64,000 nt of DNA from Rebecca billardiae RCC1528 (lineage: Eukaryota > Protista > Haptophyta), in contig OZ251222.1 in assembly GCA_965240325.2 (NCBI GenBank), positions 3,038,001-3,102,000 of the forward strand, written 5' to 3'. The translations under genes were made by a program, and so were the position numbers. This document shows positions 53,876 through 64,000 of the stretch, one piece after another. Position 1 is the stretch's first letter. Each line of letters begins with the position of its first letter. The notes beneath the pieces were generated by a model. It did not search any database. It was not told where the DNA came from and saw only the letters and a program-made list of their open reading frames with translations.

Positions 53876-54904
53876 ATGGCGGAGTCGCGGCGCGCGCTTG
53901 CGTTCGTGGGTGTCACCACTGGCATCATCACGTTGCGCGTTGCGAGCGAGCTGTACCTGCGTTGGAAAATATGGCGTGCACGTCAGCGCGCGGCTATGCG
54001 CGCGCCGTATGCCGTCGGCCACCGCTGCGCATGCGGCGAGGGCCCGGAGAACACGCTGGCTGCTGCACTGCACGCCGTGGAGTCAGGGGCGCAGTGGCTG
54101 CAGGTGGACGTCATGCTGACAAAGGACCGAGTGCCCATCGTGCTGCATGACTCACCGCGTGAGGCAACGCTCAGGCGACTGACAGGACTGGACGCGCAGC
54201 CGCACGAGGTGTACTTTGCCGACATTCCGCCGCTGCGGGCCGAGCTCGCTCCATTCGTGCTGTGTGACGCGGACTCCAAGATTGCGCCCGCGCGATTTGG
54301 CGCAGATGGGTGCCGCATTTGCACGCTGGAGGAGATGCTCGTGGCCGTTGGCCCTGATGTTGGCGTGCTCGTCGAGTTTTGGGGCGCGCCTGATGCTGAC
54401 TTTGTGAGAGACGTGGCGGCCATTGTGCGCAAGCTCGGGCGCGTGCACAGCACCGCCCTCGGCAATCCCTTCTCCCTCGCAGTCGCCGCGTACGTCGACG
54501 CATACGCGTCCGACATTCGGCGCATCTACCACGTCCGCGAGCTCGCACGCATCTTTGCGCTGTACTGGGTGGGGCTGCTGCCGTTCATGGGCTACGAGGC
54601 CTCGGCCCCTCGGCGGCTCCTCAACGTGCCGCTCATGGGGGAGACACTGGGCCGACTCACAAGGCGCATGGGTCTCGACGGCTCGCTCGGAGCACGGGCG
54701 AGACTGTCGATGGTTAAACTGGCCTTGGGATTCGGCTTGTGCGTGCGCCCGGTCTTCCTGTTCTTCGGTGACGTTCTTTGCATGCCCACATTCGGCTGGG
54801 TGCTCAACACGAAAGCTGACTGGCACCTTGCCATGCGATTGGGCTGTCAGGGCGTGATGACAGACTACGTCAGCCGATTCATGGCATTCGACAAGCGTTT
54901 GTGA
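53876..54904 (+). CDS. Glycerophosphodiester phosphodiesterase (GDPD1/GDE4-like)
   Basis: N-terminal TM, GHR..GEGPENTL, QVDV.LTKD..IVLHD, WVLN and GVMTDY motifs. Confidence 0.88.
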   Translation: MAESRRALAFVGVTTGIITLRVASELYLRWKIWRARQRAAMRAPYAVGHRCACGEGPENTLAAALHAVESGAQWLQVDVMLTKDRVPIVLHDSPREATLRRLTGLDAQPHEVYFADIPPLRAELAPFVLCDADSKIAPARFGADGCRICTLEEMLVAVGPDVGVLVEFWGAPDADFVRDVAAIVRKLGRVHSTALGNPFSLAVAAYVDAYASDIRRIYHVRELARIFALYWVGLLPFMGYEASAPRRLLNVPLMGETLGRLTRRMGLDGSLGARARLSMVKLALGFGLCVRPVFLFFGDVLCMPTFGWVLNTKADWHLAMRLGCQGVMTDYVSRFMAFDKRL

Positions 54905-55045
54905 TCCAGGGTCTGTGGTCCAGGGAATAGATCAGCGCAGGGTGCACGTGGACTCTCGGCGAGGCCCCGCAACGCCAGGTTCCCATACTCGTCACCGCCT
55001 GGCGCCTCACTGTGTCTCACTCAGTCGTCGCGTTATTACATATTC

Positions 55046-58000
55046 ATGGCCCGCGGTGCAGGGCGGAGCGCGCAGCGTGGAGCCCGCACCAGCGGGCCCG
55101 AACCACGTTTCAAAAAGATCTTTGATCAAGAAAAAAGGGACGGGGGGCGGCGGAAAAAAAGGTAGGGGGGCCAAACCGCCCATTTAAAAATGAAAAGCAA
55201 AGTCGCGTCGCATTTTCGCTCCGCCCTCGGCCTTTTAGGGTGGCGCGGAGCCTTTTTCTCGGACCCCGCTCGAAAATCGAGCTCCGACGCCTTCGGGCGC
55301 TCAGAGCTCGGTTCCGCTCCAGCACGAGCGGCCGGAGGCAGTGGACCGCCGCGCGCTCGCGACCTCTGAGACGCCGAGATGGTCTCGGGTGCGCGCGCGC
55401 GTGACGCTGGTGGGCGCTACTGACCCGTGCCTTTGCGCCACCAGCGGCTCACCACCCGCTTCTTGGCCACCTCGCGCCGTGCGCGGCGCGCGTCGGCCGG
55501 CTTGAATTGGTGCGCTGCGTACGCCCGCTACGCTACCGCACGGTGTGGCGCATGATCAACTCGGACCAATGAGATCGATGCTCGGACCAATCGTCCATGT
55601 ATGTCTGTGAATGCCCAGCTCGCCTAACCTGCCCTACTGCGCCGGAATCGCCGTCAGCAGACCGGCGCGAGCTCGCGCACAGCACCTCCGCGGAGCTCGC
55701 AACTGTCATGTTCCGCTTGTAGGGCCCGTGTTTGCACCTGCCGTGGCACTTGCGATGGTCAGTACGTTGGGTATGGGTCACGTGTGCCCTCTGATGGCGT
55801 CTGGGCGCCTCCCATTCGCCTCTCAGGACGTCGCGGACGTGCTCGCAGGCAGCGGTTGGCTCATTCGACAGGTCCGACGTGCACTCGACCGTGCCTGCAA
55901 GCGCGCCCCTGTGACGCTCATGCCTGCAGAAGCAGATGCAGATGGGCCCTCATGCACCCTGGTGCGCCCAAGACCGGCGGGAGCGTCAGAGACCGTCTCA
56001 ATCTTGACACCTTGCACACGCCGGCGCTTGCCGTTGGGCTCCGCGCAGCCAGCCAGGAGCGCCGAACAGCGCCGGATCAGCCTCTGTAGGCCGAATATCC
56101 GCCCCTAAGCCCAGAAATAGCGCGGAACAGGGTAGTGCGTACCTATGTGGACCAATCCCATCCAGCCTGGTTTGGTGCAGACACGCCAGCCACCGCCTGG
56201 AGCAGACGTTTGCTGCCGAATCGCATGCTCGGCACTGTGCCGCACTGCGACGACGACAGATTTGACCTGCCTCGTAGGTCTCGGCCAGGGAGCGGTGACG
56301 GTTGGCTCGAGTGACTTTAAACCTTGACTATGACCGAGAGCACTCCCGGGCTGAGGACGTGGGGCCGGTGCTTTGGGTCTAATATGTCTGCAATACGCCG
56401 TACGCGTGGCCGTATACACAGTCTGAAAACGTATCTCGCAGCTCGAGATCAGATGAGGCTGTATTCATCAGCATGGCGCCTATATACACAGTGGGTATGT
56501 AACGATCGGTGGCTTCTAGGAAACTACATATTTGACCGCCTGCCAGTACACAGCCTATATCGCATGTTGGGACCTGCTGCTGCTGGGGACTCAGAACGAT
56601 CTCGCTGAGATGCTCTAACAAAGTGAGGTCGACATGGTCTATATGTCACATATAGGACGACCGTTACATGCCGTTTCCAATAAGTTCAGGCTCATTCTAA
56701 TAAGTAAATATGCTAGCCGTTACGCCCCATATTCAGGGTATGTGCACCTGATTTTTTTACATGGCCGGCCCAGACCCCTCCAGAGGGCAAATGATCCAGC
56801 CCGAAATCAGCTCTAAACACTCGCTAGGACCCGCGCTCGTGGCCGTCAGTAATGCTACAGTGCCACTTTGGCCCCCCTAAAAAAGGGACGGGGGGCGATT
56901 TTTAGGGCTGGCGGAGACCGAGTTTCGAGTTTTTGAGATCGCATAGAGAGGTCTATTAGGCCGAAAAAGAGCGCGCCCAGCTGATTCCCTTAAGTAAAGT
57001 GCGATCTGGACGTCAGCTGGACGTGACATTAGTGTAACGGTTCGTTACGAGCGAATCGTACTCGTCTTCCCGGATCGCGTGACGTCCGGACTGGGCCACA
57101 TCCGGATCGTCGGAGGTGACGTGCCCCGGCACGATGGGCGATGGCGGATATGCGGGACGGCGCCTGCACGTGCCTCCGGACCCGCCTCCCGCTTGCTGCT
57201 CACGCAGTCAGCTGCGACCGTGGCGCATGATCGCAGAAGCAGTGCCGGCAGTACGGCCTGCATCAGCTAGTGCCGCGCCGTCGTGGCGCGCGCGGTACGG
57301 TTGCGCGTTTGCAGCGCTCGCCGCTCGCCGGCTCGGCGACGGCACGCGCGTGCGGCTCAGGTGTGTCAAATGCGGTCTCGTCGGCGCGCTTTCGCCTGCC
57401 ACCTCGTGCACCCGTGCCGCCAGTTTCATCGTCTTCATGAGGACTGCTGCTGCTGTCGCCATCCGCTCTCCATCACCCCGAGTCGCCGGTCGCGCGGCGC
57501 GCGCGGTAGGCACTAGGCAGGGCGTACGGTCACTCACCCGTGCAACAGGTCAAGTGGCCAGAGTACGTCTGGTCGTTGGCTGGCACGGGCCGCAGCGCTA
57601 AAGCACCCTGCTGTCACACCCGACTCCTTCAGTACTCCGAGCTCCGCGGCACGACTCACTCGTTCGGCACGATCGCGGACGGGTCGGATCCGAGCTGATC
57701 AGCCAGAGTTGGACACAGTTTGGCAGCTACTAGTAGTAATTCCGATGCCGATGGCACGATCGCGGACGGGTCGGATCCGAGCTGATCAGCCAGTTGGACA
57801 TTTGGCAGCTAGTTGTCAGACGGACGTCCGATTTGACGACCGGTGCCGGGTGCGGTCTCAGGTCCGCTGCTGTGATTGTGTGAAGTGTGAATGAGTCTCG
57901 CGGTCGCGCAGGCAGGGCGACGGTCGGACTAATAGCTTCAGTCATCTCAGAACCGACTTCAACTGGCGAACTGCCACTACGGCGGAGAGCCGCGATTGCA

Positions 58001-58063
58001 CGGCCACCGCGGGCCCCCAACTGCGTTGATTCTATGCAGAAAAGGACCGCGGAACGCGGTCAT
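55046..58063 (+). mobile_element. Family B element, copy 2, interrupted by a TIR element
   Basis: 55046-55148 and 56880-58063 align with 48517-49743 and have the same termini. Confidence 0.8.
55163..56879. mobile_element. 1.7-kb non-autonomous TIR transposon (TAG..CTA ends; hAT-like, class uncertain)
   Basis: 13-bp TIR TAGGGGGGCCAAA / TTTGGCCCCCCTA, flanked by AAAAAGG on both sides; absent from Family B copy 1. Confidence 0.75.
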
Positions 58064-58684
58064 TATTACTACAGCCTTAGCGGGCCACGTCGAGCGAGAC
58101 CTCGCAGGCCGCCATGCTCAGCACGGGCACTCTGTCTGTGACGCGAGCTCGCGCACATTGCATCACGATTCCGACGAACTGTTAGCAGGACAGCGTAGAC
58201 CTGCCTCAAATTGAACAGTTATTGTGCCGCGCGCGCGAATATATTGTAATACTGCTGCGAAGGCGGCGGGGGTGCGCTGCTTGCCTCCGCAGGCGAGCAG
58301 CGCGCAGTTTACGCCGGGCATGTGGACCTGCCCACCCTTCATCTTCCAGTTCTTCCCTTCGGCTGGGGCTCGATCAGTCGACGTGGCGTCGCTCACAGCG
58401 CAGGCAGGTGTTTGGCGCGGCTGCACTCTCGAGGTGGCTGGGATACAACATCCAGGTGCAGCACCCTCCCCGTGTGGTGTCAGAGCGCGCTCCCGAGCGC
58501 GTGCCTCCGAGCGCGGGGCGGCAGCTTGCTGCAATGGCCGCCTCGATGAGGTGCGGCAACGCGCCCCTCACCTGCCTGCGCCGGTCTGTTTTGTGGCGGT
58601 GTCTTTGTGCAGTGTTGGATGGCGTCATCAACCACGCCTTAACCAAGTGTGCACGTTAAAACATAGTAAACTGTAGTATAATTA

Positions 58685-58694
58685 ATGGCGCACG

Positions 58695-58733
<39 letters not shown>

Positions 58734-60570
58734 AAAGGTCTGAGCGTGAGCGAAAGCCGGGGGGGGGGGGGCGGCGCACGTGCTCCGCAAAATCAAAAAG
58801 AGGATGCGCGCAGGATTTTGGGGATTTTTCGGTAGGTGGCCACCGCGTATGAGTGGATATCGCTGCCGCAATGATTGCGTTTGTAGTAGATGCTAATTTT
58901 AACGATAGTAACACTTAGGGGAATGCAGGGTGGAATAGCACATAACACCAGCCGTGTGTTAGAACATTCCGTCATAGTAAGATGCCTGAATTGTAAGAGC
59001 CTGAAACAGCTCGCCAACCATAGAAACGATAGGTTGGGTCGTCAGCTTTGATTCACGCGCTTCTGAAAAACAGCGTTTTAGATTAGACGCATCCCTCTTC
59101 TCTTAAGAGAACTGCGCTAGAATAGTGTGGTGAGTGTGTCCTGGACAGCCTGAGCGGAAAGGTCAATAATCACGGTTGTGATTCAAGATTCCTCACCCCG
59201 TATTGCCAACTGATTCAAAGCCAATGCGGGTATGAATCGACGCGTTTGTGCTCTATCTGCGATCAATAAGAGCTCTCTGATTCAAATGGGTGTACGCTGT
59301 CCTGGACAGACTCTGATCAATATTGATGATCGGCACGAAAAGTTGCGCGTGACGGCTCGGTGACGACGATCCAACGGCAAAGTGCCGCGGGTGCGGCGGC
59401 GTCGGTGCGGCGGAGGCGGAGGCGGAGGCGTCGGGGGAGGCGGCTGAAGGGAGCGAGGGCGATGGTGGCGGCGCAGTCGAGGGAGGTGCGCCGAATGGCA
59501 TGTCCGTCCTCACCCTCGCCGGCGGCGGCCGCCCGCGTGCCGCCGCCGCCGCGGCTCCGCGGCTTGCTGGCGACCGGACTGCACGGGTGCACTCGGACCG
59601 CGCGGCGGTGCGGCGCGAGGCCGAGCGCGGGAGCCTGGGCGGCGGCGGGCGCGCGGCGGGGCATGTGCTGCCCGAGAGGCTGGCGCACTCGCCCAGCGCC
59701 GCCGCGCACACCGCCGCCGACCTCGCGCGCACGACCTCCGTCAACTCCTCCGTCAGCGGCGGAGAGCGCGTCGCGTCACGCCGCCCACGCGGCTGGTCGC
59801 TGCCGCCCAGCCGGTTCGTCATCCGAGCGCAGTCGCCCGGCGGCGGCGGGGCGGATCGGAGGCGGCGGCGTCGGAGGGCGGCGTCGGAGGGCGGCGTCGG
59901 AGGGCGGCGTCGGAGGGCGGAGCGGAGGGCGGCGGCGCGCCGCCGCCGCCGCCCGACGGGCTGCCGCGATCGCCGCTCGCCGCCGCGATCGCCGCCGCCG
60001 ACGGCAGCGGCGGCGCGCGGGCGCCCGCAGCGCGCGCCGGGCCGGTCGCCGCCTGGGTGGTGGGACCGCCGCTGGGGGGCGGGGCGGGCGGAGGAGATGG
60101 CGGTGGCGAAGGAGGACGCGGTGGTGGACGTGGACGTCACGCAGTCCGGGCTGCACTGGCTCATCCACCTCCTCTCCGCACTCGACCCGCCGCCGTCACC
60201 GACGGCGCAGCAGCTGGCGGCGGCGCGACGGACGGTGGCGGGCGCGGCCGCGGCCGAAGCGGGCGCGCGCCGCGCGCGCCGCTGCGGCGGCGTGGAGCGG
60301 CGGGAGCTGAGCGGCGCGCTGCTGCACACGCAGTCACGCTGCGCTTACGTGCTGCAGGACGCTGTGCGAGCGCGCCACCGCCGACGCCGTCGCGCCGCCG
60401 CTGCCCCCGCCGCACCGGCACCGTCCGACCGTCCGCGACCGTGTCGTCACAAGCCGCGGCTGCTGCTCACATTCACAAGCTGCGTGATCGGTGACTCTGA
60501 GCACTAGCCACTAGGGCCGTGCGCCCCCAACTTCGTTGTTCACTACCCGAAGATCGGCGTAGCCGATCAT
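58685..60570 (+). mobile_element. Family A element, copy 2 (159-bp internal deletion)
   Basis: Reverse complement of 25060-27100 with the same termini. Confidence 0.8.
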
Positions 60571-60624
60571 ATATTTGTAATGGTCATACTGCACTTCATC
60601 GCGTAGTCATCAGTCGTCTAATTA

Positions 60625-60760
<136 letters not shown>

Positions 60761-61812
60761 TATTGTCGATCCTGCAGCAGCATCATAAATAAACGATCGC
60801 GTAATATGATGATAATGATCATCCAGCCTCACGCCGCAACCATATGATTATTGGTGTCATCAGTCAGGCCCGACGGCACGTGCCTGATGACTGATGGCAA
60901 TCTCACGGCCTGGCCACCCGTCTAATTGAATAATTCAATATATTGATGAATAAAGCAGTACGGTAGTCGCACATTAGCAGGCAGCATTAAGGCAGCAGAG
61001 CGCCCTGACTCACTCTGCCCGCGGGTCGCCCGCTGCTATCAGTAAGTATCGGGGGCCCACGACCGCGCCCGGCCGCCCGCGGGCTGCCAGTTCCCAGTAC
61101 CGCCGATGCCCCCAACGACAGTACGGTGGGCTGACCCGGGTGACGAAGGCCGTACTGCGCGCAGTAGAGTGCCAGCCGGTTGAAGTCCTGCAGCGTAGTC
61201 GTACTATGGTTCCGCTGTTTGATGGTACGCAGCAACTCGGGCAAGCCGCGAGGCAGTCCTGACTCAGTCAGTGACTGAGCAGCACTGACTGCTGAGACGG
61301 TGAAGTCAGTGACTAGTGCGGGGACGGTCCAGGACTAGGACACCTGGACGGTCACAGCAGGTATAATTCAAACCAGGTAGTCAGCATGATTGCATCACCG
61401 GCCGCTATATCTCCTTATTGACCGGGGGCACGGATCTGCCGACGACCCTTCGCAAGGGGGCCGCATGGGCGCGAGTCTCGGGCCCGCCTGCTTGTTATTT
61501 GCTCATCCGCCTCATCGCTGGCAGACTCGCCCGGCTGCTATATATAGTATATGCCGCGCGCCTGAGCCGCGCGACACGGTGCGGCCGACGCAGCGCCAGC
61601 GACCGGACCGGACTGTGACTGCTTATGCTACTCTGATATATCAGCTGCATGATGATCATGATGCCGTACTGCCGTTCCGGCGGTCCCGGATGAGTCACGG
61701 CCAGTGCGCGGACTCTCGATCAGCGGCGCCACGGCACTTATAATCATCGGCATGGCACCATCAGCCCGGGCGGTGACCCGCCCTCACTGACCTCACTCGC
61801 CAATAGAACGGC

Positions 61813-64000
61813 TCAAGCAGTGAGCCCGTCTACTCCAAATCCACCGCGCAGCTGCTCCGCGCCTGGCGCCCCCTCACGTTGCAAGAGCAACGCCTCCAGC
61901 CGCGCAACCGCATCGGCGTTGCTCTGCACTTTCGCGTCAAGTGCAGAGACCATCCGGATGAGCATCTCGACGGCCGACTCCTCATCACCCGCCTCCGTGG
62001 TGGCCGCCACGGATTGATGAGATGCCCGCGTCCGGAGGCTGGTGTCGGGAGGGTCCGTAGCGGGCGCTTGGCGCCTGCTCGCATCGTCCACCCGCGCCCC
62101 AGGCCCTCGCCCACTTTCCGAGCGCGAGCCAATGAGGCCCTTCAGGGCCCCATTCGACGCGTGCCCTGATTGGCTGGAGTTGGAGCCTCTTCTCAGCCCG
62201 AGCACGCCAGCTCGCGCGCCAGAATCCCGCCGCGAGGAGCCCACGAAGCGGAACGTGGACGCGAGCTCCTGCAACGTGCCCCTGCCGAAGGGCGGGCTGG
62301 ACGGCGTGTCGTGTGGCGCGCCGCTCTGCGCGCGCCACGAGCTCGAGCGCGACGCCTCGCGCTCGAGCATGCGCGTGTTGAGGCGCTGCGTCATCTCGGC
62401 CATGATCTTGGCCTGCAGGCTCTCCTCCGTGTGCAGCTCGAGCCACGTCTCCTTGAGCAGCCGCTCAAACTCGTCGTAGTCCACCCAGCCCTGGTTCTGC
62501 TTCTTCGTGTACCGGTTCATCAGCGCGCGCACCGTGCGCATGTTCACCGGGTGCTGCGGGTCGGCCTCGTCCGGGTCGGGTGGCGGGAACGTGTCTTCGA
62601 GCAGCAGGCCGCTCTCGTACCCGAGGCGCAGAAACATGGTCAGCTCGGCCGTGGTGATCTGAGCCGCGCGAGCCGGACGGGAGGCGCGGCGACGAGGGCG
62701 GCGCGGCGCGGCGCGGCGCGGCACGTCATGCGCGGGCACGGGCGCGGCGACCACCGACGATGCTCGGCGCCCGGCGCGGTCCGCTCCGGCGCTGCCGCGG
62801 GCGCGGGCCCACCTTGCCATCGAGCGTCGTGTCGGCCAGCTTGTACAGCGCGTCGATGCGCGTGCGCTCCTCGAGCAGCGAGGTGAATGTGGTGCCGAGC
62901 ACGGTGATGGGAAGAGCCATGATGATGATGCCCACCATCATGCACGCGGTCGCGATCGCGTACCCGCCGTCCGTCACCGGATACGCGTCGCCGTACCTGC
63001 GAGAGGCCGCGCGCGCGATGTCACACGGCACATCCCGGCGCCCGGGGCTTCAGCGGAAGCGGCTCGGCGCGGAGCGTGCAGGGGTTGGGCGCGCGCGCAC
63101 ACCCGACGGTGGTCATCGTCACGAGTGTCCACCAGAAGGCGCGAGGGATCGTCTCAAATGTCTCGAAGACGCGTGGATCCCCAGATTGCCCCCTGCGTGC
63201 CACCGCCGACGTGGTGTGGGTGTGGGGCTGTGAACCGATGGGGGCTGGGCAGTGCAGTGGGCGACCTCGCGCGCCCGCGAAGGGGACATGGCGCGGGCAC
63301 GGGCGCACGCGCGCGCGCACTCGACGAGGTGGATGAGGGAGGCGAACACCACCATGGCAATCGCAAGCAGGAAGAAGAGGATGATCAGCGGCTCGGACGA
63401 CTTGGTGAGTGCCATCACAAACGTCTGCATCCCTTTCGAGTATCGCCCAAACTTGAGCACGCGGAAGATCTTAATCAGGCGGAGCACGCGGAGCACGCGC
63501 AGGTCGAAGCGGCGCGAGGTGCCCACGCCGAGCGCGGCGATCAGCGCCCACTCCACCCACGACGGCACCACCGACAGCAGGTCGATCCAATTCATGGGCG
63601 AGCGCATGAACGCGGCGTGGTTGGGGCACACGGTGAACCGCGCGGCCAGGTCGACCGAGAAGATGATCACCATGATGAGGTCAGACCAGAACCACCAGTC
63701 GAACATGTCTAGCTCTTCTTCGGGCACGTTGTGCTTGAACTCCGTCTCCGCGCAGTACAAGATCGTCGAGAGAGCCGTGCAGAACATGATGAGCAAAATC
63801 CAGACCTGCGACACCAGGCTGTACGTCGGGTCCTCGAGTGTCTGCCACGCGATCTCGCGCCAGCTCGGCGGAATCTCCTCGCGCATCTCCTCGATGTCGT
63901 CGTCTCCCAGGTTGAGCAGCTCCCGGAGATCTGCGTTCCTGCGTGCCGCAATCGCCTGATGCTGATCTCGTGGCGATGGCCTAGGGCTGGCCTTCAGCCG
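61813..64000 (-). CDS. Voltage-gated K+ channel (6TM Kv-like) with C-terminal EF-hands, 5' end outside the window (exons ..63321, 63192-63103, 62996-62813, 62658-61813)
   Basis: WQTLEDP, MNWIDLL, S4 LRVLRVLRLIKIFRVLKFGRY, pore FWWTLVTMTTVG|YGD rebuilt across an intron, MALPI, EF loop DTTLDGK|ITTAE. Confidence 0.93.

Noticed and set aside
58064-58684. Coding-like fragment between Family B and Family A copies
   Set aside because: Short ORFs with no recognisable motif or clear start; unsupported.
25060-60570. Family A copies as the TIRs of one 35-kb giant element
   Set aside because: Each copy has its own complete 5' and 3' termini, no shared TSD flanks the pair, and the enclosed genes are ordinary host genes.

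Overview
Very GC-rich, gene-dense eukaryotic nuclear DNA with short GC-rich GT-AG introns. A signal+transit-peptide plastid FBPase together with IFT20 and DNAAF6 points to a flagellated alga with a secondary plastid, probably a haptophyte (Pavlovales-like; inference only). About 24 protein genes are supported, mostly in tight head-to-head pairs: ankyrin protein, mitoribosomal bL34, IMPACT/YigZ, IFT20, Rieske protein, reticulon, two FBPases, PhyH dioxygenase, DNAAF6, LRR protein, GT10, GT61-like, sulfotransferase, UBE2G-type E2, GDPD and a Kv channel with EF-hands. Roughly 30% of the window is mobile DNA. This includes a young intact Copia with an N-terminal MYND-like finger and no integrase HHCC ligands, a TRIM with a nested TIR element, a 2.7-kb element with 876-bp arms, a TAG..CTA TIR element and a small MITE. 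Two further repeat families (2 copies each) have unrelated internal sequence but share one terminal architecture: ATGG start, asymmetric inverted repeat, CCCAAC-TNC-GTTG box and a GNA-loop hairpin ending in AT. This suggests a Helitron2-like or undescribed ssDNA transposition system. All coordinates and alignments were read by eye; no searches were run.
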